Source: Azolla caroliniana | Lineage: Eukaryota; Plantae; Polypodiophyta | Assembly (NCBI GenBank): GCA_043228905.1 | Contig: JBHGNT010000008.1 | Span: 21,576,001 to 21,640,000 of the forward strand | Reading direction: 5' to 3' | DNA: 64,000 bases | Shown: one piece after another, positions 62,411 through 64,000 of the stretch | How the letters are laid out: every line of letters begins with the position of its first letter | Position numbering within the stretch: the first letter of the stretch is position 1 | Position numbers and translations under genes: made by a program | The notes under the pieces: generated by a model | Told to the model about the DNA's origin: nothing | The model's input: only the letters and a program-made list of their open reading frames with translations | Database searches by the model: none

Positions 62411-63219
62411 ATGTACACTTGAGAACAACAACAAGAAGAAGAACTCTAAAAGCTCACAAAGAAGAAACCCCCAAAATATCAAGTTGAGACAAGAAAAAAA
62501 AAAATCCCTAAAGTTTGAACAAGAAAAGAAGAAACCATATTGATACTCTCCAAGACACAAAATGGGGACCTCCTATAAAACCCTAATGGTGCACTTTTGA
62601 AACTAAAATGAGCGACCCAAAATAAGGGCTAGTCATCAACTCTTTTTATAAACAAAAAGAGGCACTTAAATTCGGCATCAAATGAGCTTATTCTCTATCG
62701 TTCTTCAGAAAAGAAATAAGAATAAATAGTCATTAATCTGCATCGCACTAACAGAGAATCGAACTCTACACCGATAGTAAAAGGTTTATGGCTCAAGTGT
62801 GAGTGGACCCCTCTTTTTTTTAAGATTCTACCTTTGGCTTCACCACATCATGACAACAGAGGTCTAAAGGGGGTGGGTGGGGTGAGAGTGGGTGTCAAGG
62901 TGTGGAGGGATGCGATGGGTATAAGGGAAAGGGATTAGAAAGACGGTGGGAAGTGTAGAAGGAGTTGGGTGCATGACAACGAGTGGGCTGGTGTTATAGG
63001 CATAACCTTACATACCAACTCTATAACAAATTTTAATGGGTTAATGGTAGGATACTTGGGAAACTTGACATCCTAGGAACTGGGACAAACCCATATGAAC
63101 CTACGACACATGGAAATATATGTCGTGGTCTAAGAGCCTTAGTTGTTGAGCTATAAAAGAGGACTAGCTATCCCCTTCACTGCGACATCTTGAGAGGTTG
63201 TTGAGACTCTATTGGTGAG

Positions 63220-63517
63220 AACACGTTCACGTTCACAAATGGAAGGATCGCGCACAAATGGAAGGATAAGGAATATTCCGTCTGATTTTGGGTCTTTTTT
63301 TGCCATTTCACAAAACACCTTGATACTAGTATCACATGTTCTCAAAAACTTGATGAAAAAGCTAAAATTTTCACCATTTCGTAAAATTGAAAAATAATTT
63401 TATTATTTTTATTAATATTATTATTTTTCCAAAAAAAACTCCTTCCATTAGTTATAAAATTTTACAAATGAGGCGATTATGTACAATTCCCTAAAGGGAC
63501 GCGATAGTTCCATCTAA
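63220..63517 (-). mobile_element. Terminus of a second member of the same DNA transposon family
   Basis: AACACGTTCACGTTCACAAATGGAAGGATCGCGCACAAATGGAAGGATAAGG and caaaacac-ttgatac-agtatca match the reverse complement of ~32540-32646; preceded by TGAG. Confidence 0.82.
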
Positions 63518-64000
63518 TGTGGAAGCCCACTAACTCAAGAAAGGGAGAGGATGACCATTGTTGGATGAAGGCTATGCGTTGTCTTTCAACTCCCTCGGAG
63601 CCACCTTTAAGGCCATCATATTGGCTTTTCAGAGTGGCTACAATTTCACTCCATATCTCTTGCAGTTGTTGGCCGGTCAGAAGAGCAAGGACAAGGGGGA
63701 AGGCGGAATCGGATCGGATAATAGGAAGTAATAGTAGAATTATTATTCGGAGGGACGGATTCGGTACAGTTGTACCGATCCGGATCCGAACCGATTCGGA
63801 TGTCGGTTGCCTAAGCGCACCGATTGTAACCTTGCCGGATGCCTATAAAAGGATCCGATGATTTGTAAAGTGTTTTGACGGAAGTAATACAAGAGTAATT
63901 ATTGTGTATTTATCTGTATTTCGTATTGTTTGCCGTCCGTGCTTAATTGTAATCATCTTATGCGTGTAACCTAGCATCCAATCCTTACCACCCCTTTGGA
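63518..64000 (+). mobile_element. Probable LTR interrupting the second DNA transposon; runs out of the window
   Basis: Abrupt composition change at TGTGGAAG; cctataaaagg at ~63842; partner LTR not visible. Confidence 0.5.

Overview
Eukaryotic, repeat-dominated DNA, most likely from a non-seed land plant such as a fern (inferred from the retroelement lineages and plant tRNA primer sites). No ordinary host gene was recognised. The first ~13 kb is AT-rich and decayed. The rest is a deep nest of transposons. A copia element (19814-48556) holds a chromovirus-type gypsy (21853-47066), whose integrase is split by two insertions. One is a gag-only gypsy (33245-42919), itself holding a very young copia (36457-41750). 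The other is the most interesting object here: a 9.9-kb cut-and-paste DNA transposon (22761-32646) with ~35-bp TIRs and a 4-bp TTAG target duplication. It encodes a 926-aa Sola-like DDD transposase on +. Divergently on -, it encodes a six-exon gene that I spliced by hand into a ~974-aa ParB-like + beta-class N6A/N4C DNA methyltransferase fusion. Intron 1 of that gene holds six 43-bp palindromes at a 51-bp period, and in this copy exon 2 is broken by a solo LTR. A related transposon end starts at 63220. A second chromovirus (49173-60483) holds a tRNA-Trp-primed gypsy (52845-60022). All calls come from reading the sequence by eye; no searches were run.
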